A stretch of 15,819 nt of DNA from a virus, in IMG/VR virus record IMGVR_UViG_3300045988_118004; one strand, 5' to 3'. Below are positions 14,611 through 15,819 of this stretch, piece after piece; positions within the stretch are counted from its first letter, which is position 1; every line of letters begins with the position of its first letter. The notes beneath the pieces are model-generated. The model was not told the DNA's origin. It saw only the letters and a list, made by a program, of their open reading frames with translations, and made no database searches. A program made the position numbers and the translations under genes.

Positions 14611-14904
14611 TTAGTTTGCTTTCTTCTGCTGGGATACGGGACGCACTACTTCGTAAGCGTGTTCCATAAATTTGGAAATCTCAAGGCCGTATACTTTCTC
14701 ATCCTGGGCTAAGTCTACAACCAGGGCTGGAACAAATTCGGGTTCTGTGTTCTGCTTGATTGCTAGCTTAAGGGCTTTAGCCTGGTCGGTAATTGCACCC
14801 GGTACAAAATAAGTTCTGTTTTCGGTTTCTCCGATTGTTGCGTTTACACCTAATACGGTTACCTTTGTGGATACGATTGTTCTTGTAATTAATTTCTCTT
14901 TCAT
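14611..14904 (-). CDS. Putative histone-like dsDNA-binding protein (phi29 p6-like)
   Basis: 97 aa, directly upstream of the SSB as in phi29 (gene 6 then gene 5). It has loose collinear similarity to my recall of p6: LITRTIVSTKVTV (REITKTTVNVAKMV), ITDQAKALKLAIKQ (LTMEQAQWRMKRKY) and EKVYGLEISKFMEHA (TEVYELPVEKFLEVA). An AAGGAG SD is present. Confidence 0.55.
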   Translation of the reverse strand: MKEKLITRTIVSTKVTVLGVNATIGETENRTYFVPGAITDQAKALKLAIKQNTEPEFVPALVVDLAQDEKVYGLEISKFMEHAYEVVRPVSQQKKAN

Positions 14905-15008
14905 GTCTTGTTCTCCTTTTCGTTTTATTCATGATTGGGTTGATGGTTACTGTATGTTAACCGGATTTTGTGAATTTCAGCGTACTGTGGGTTGCTTTGA
15001 ATTATTAG

Positions 15009-15248
15009 TTAGTTCCGGTTGACATCATATAGTGGATATAATCTTATAGAAAGTATATCAATGTCTCCATTATGTAGCTTGTAAGCTATTTCATCTACCG
15101 GGATATCTTGCGTGGTTGAAAACTCTACAACCATTTGGGTATCCTCAGTCATTATCTGGCATTTTAAATATGGACCGTCTAGCCTTGGGAACTTTTTAAT
15201 ACAACTAGTTCTGCTAAACATGTATTGCTCACATATATCTTTTAACAT
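15009..15248 (-). CDS. Hypothetical early protein (79 aa)
   Basis: The track ORF 15009..15329 is trimmed to ATG 15248, which follows AGGAGGTG by 5 nt. The upstream ATGs have no SD and lie in a repeat-bearing spacer. I recognise no motifs. Confidence 0.6.
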   Translation of the reverse strand: MLKDICEQYMFSRTSCIKKFPRLDGPYLKCQIMTEDTQMVVEFSTTQDIPVDEIAYKLHNGDIDILSIRLYPLYDVNRN

Positions 15249-15308
15249 TGATTCACCTCCTATCTTGATGGCGTTTTCTTTTCCATCTATTAATATCATA
15301 ACATGTAA

Positions 15309-15330
15309 ATGTGAACAAAGTATGAACAAA
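15309..15330 (-). repeat. Tandem pair of 11-bp TGTGAACAAA-type repeats (internal site)
   Basis: On the plus strand: aTGTGAACAAA (15309-15319) and gTaTGAACAAA (15320-15330). They lie head to tail with an 11-bp period, in the 85-bp gap between the 91-aa and 79-aa genes. Confidence 0.8.
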
Positions 15331-15333
15331 TTC

Positions 15334-15609
15334 TTAATATTCGTTCTCGTTATTTATTTTGTCTATAAGTGATATTAGTGCATCCAGGTTCTCACATTTT
15401 CTTACTTGGGTGGGGTCTAATGTGTAATACATGAAGCGACCTTCTCCATGAATCTTTGTCCAGAATGTATATAAATAATCTTTGCCTCTGCATGCGAAAA
15501 CATTGTGTGAACTGAAACGTACCTCTAATAAAAATTGCTGAAAGATAATCACCATTAAATCGTTGCTTAGATGGAGTGGGTTTTTGTTGCCGTATGGGTA
15601 TAATATCAT
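15334..15609 (-). CDS. Hypothetical early protein (91 aa), first gene of the early operon
   Basis: ATG 15609 lies 6 nt after AAGGAGGT and about 40 nt downstream of the early promoter. I recognise no motifs. Confidence 0.65.
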   Translation of the reverse strand: MILYPYGNKNPLHLSNDLMVIIFQQFLLEVRFSSHNVFACRGKDYLYTFWTKIHGEGRFMYYTLDPTQVRKCENLDALISLIDKINNENEY

Positions 15610-15656
15610 GATTCTACCTCCTTGTTTGCTGTTGTTATCTCTTTGTTTCTAAATAC

Positions 15657-15685
15657 ATTATAGCGTTGTTTTAAGAATAAGTCAA
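15657..15685 (-). promoter_or_regulatory. Early operon promoter, sigma-A type
   Basis: On the minus strand: TTGACT (15680-15685), 17-nt spacer, TATAAT (15657-15662). The first early gene starts at 15609. Confidence 0.8.
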
Positions 15686-15693
15686 TAGTTTAA

Positions 15694-15715
15694 TTGTAAA
15701 CAAATTGTGAACAAA
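15694..15715 (-). repeat. Tandem pair of 11-bp TGTGAACAAA-type repeats (promoter-upstream site)
   Basis: On the plus strand: TTGTaAACAAA (15694-15704) and TTGTGAACAAA (15705-15715). The period is 11 bp, and the pair begins 8 bp upstream of the early -35 box. Confidence 0.8.
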
Positions 15716-15737
15716 GTTATAAAATCGCGATAACATT
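15716..15737. repeat. Subterminal conserved 22-bp block, right copy
   Basis: GTTATAAAATCGCGATAACATT is the exact reverse complement of 120-141. Confidence 0.9.
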
Positions 15738-15752
15738 ATCGAGCGTTCAAAA

Positions 15753-15819
15753 ATTTTGTACATTGCTTAAGGTTAAGCGGTCGGTTGGGGAAAATGATAA
15801 CAGGCGAAAAAAATAAAGG
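15753..15819. repeat. Right inverted terminal repeat (67 bp, perfect)
   Basis: Exact reverse complement of 1-67. Confidence 0.95.

Noticed and set aside
14755-14932. Highly basic ~51-aa ORF (MNKTKRRTRHER...) in an alternative frame, starting in the 14905-15008 spacer and overlapping the p6-like gene.
   Set aside because: It has no SD, and its composition is typical of an off-frame reading of an A/G-rich gene start.
15249-15329. Longer 106-aa version of the 79-aa early ORF, and a possible internal promoter TTGTTC-17-TATTAA (15290-15318).
   Set aside because: The upstream ATGs lack an SD, whereas ATG 15248 has AGGAGGTG. The promoter has only weak matches to consensus, so I mention it in a finding and do not call it as a feature.
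1-15819. ITR-bounded element interpreted as a transposon, casposon/polinton-like element or linear plasmid.
   Set aside because: No transposase or integrase is present, and a full capsid, portal, tail, packaging and lysis gene set is. The ITRs fit protein-primed phage genome ends.

Overview
The window appears to be a complete linear genome (15,819 bp) of a small phi29-like, protein-primed podophage (former Picovirinae type), probably infecting a Gram-positive host. It is bounded by perfect 67-bp inverted terminal repeats (1-67 / 15753-15819) and has three transcription units. (1) An early/replication operon on the minus strand runs inward from a near-consensus sigma-A-type promoter at the right end (15657-15685). 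It encodes two orphan proteins, a phi29 p6-like dsDNA-binding protein, a p5-like SSB, a putative terminal protein, a protein-primed family-B DNA polymerase and a Cys-rich orphan. (2) A short plus-strand unit holds the gp16-like packaging ATPase, a 50-aa membrane-protein ORF missing from the ORF track (11065-11217), and about 130 nt of non-coding sequence before a bidirectional terminator. (3) A late minus-strand operon encodes holin, GH25 endolysin, tail-associated peptidoglycan hydrolase, scaffold, major capsid, tail knob, portal, lower collar and a 929-aa tail fibre with two beta-helix domains. It ends at a terminator next to the left ITR. Units 2 and 3 start from back-to-back promoters whose -35 boxes form a 12-bp palindrome, TTGCAATTGCAA. 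No integrase, repressor, tRNA, CRISPR array or transposase is visible. No phi29 p4-like regulator or pRNA gene can be recognised. The points most worth follow-up are the symmetric divergent promoter switch, the 11-bp-phased TGTGAACAAA repeats, the modular subterminal repeats, candidate loci for the missing packaging RNA, the hidden membrane ORF and the orphan early proteins. Homology calls rest on my recall of phi29 protein sequences and motifs, not on a database search.
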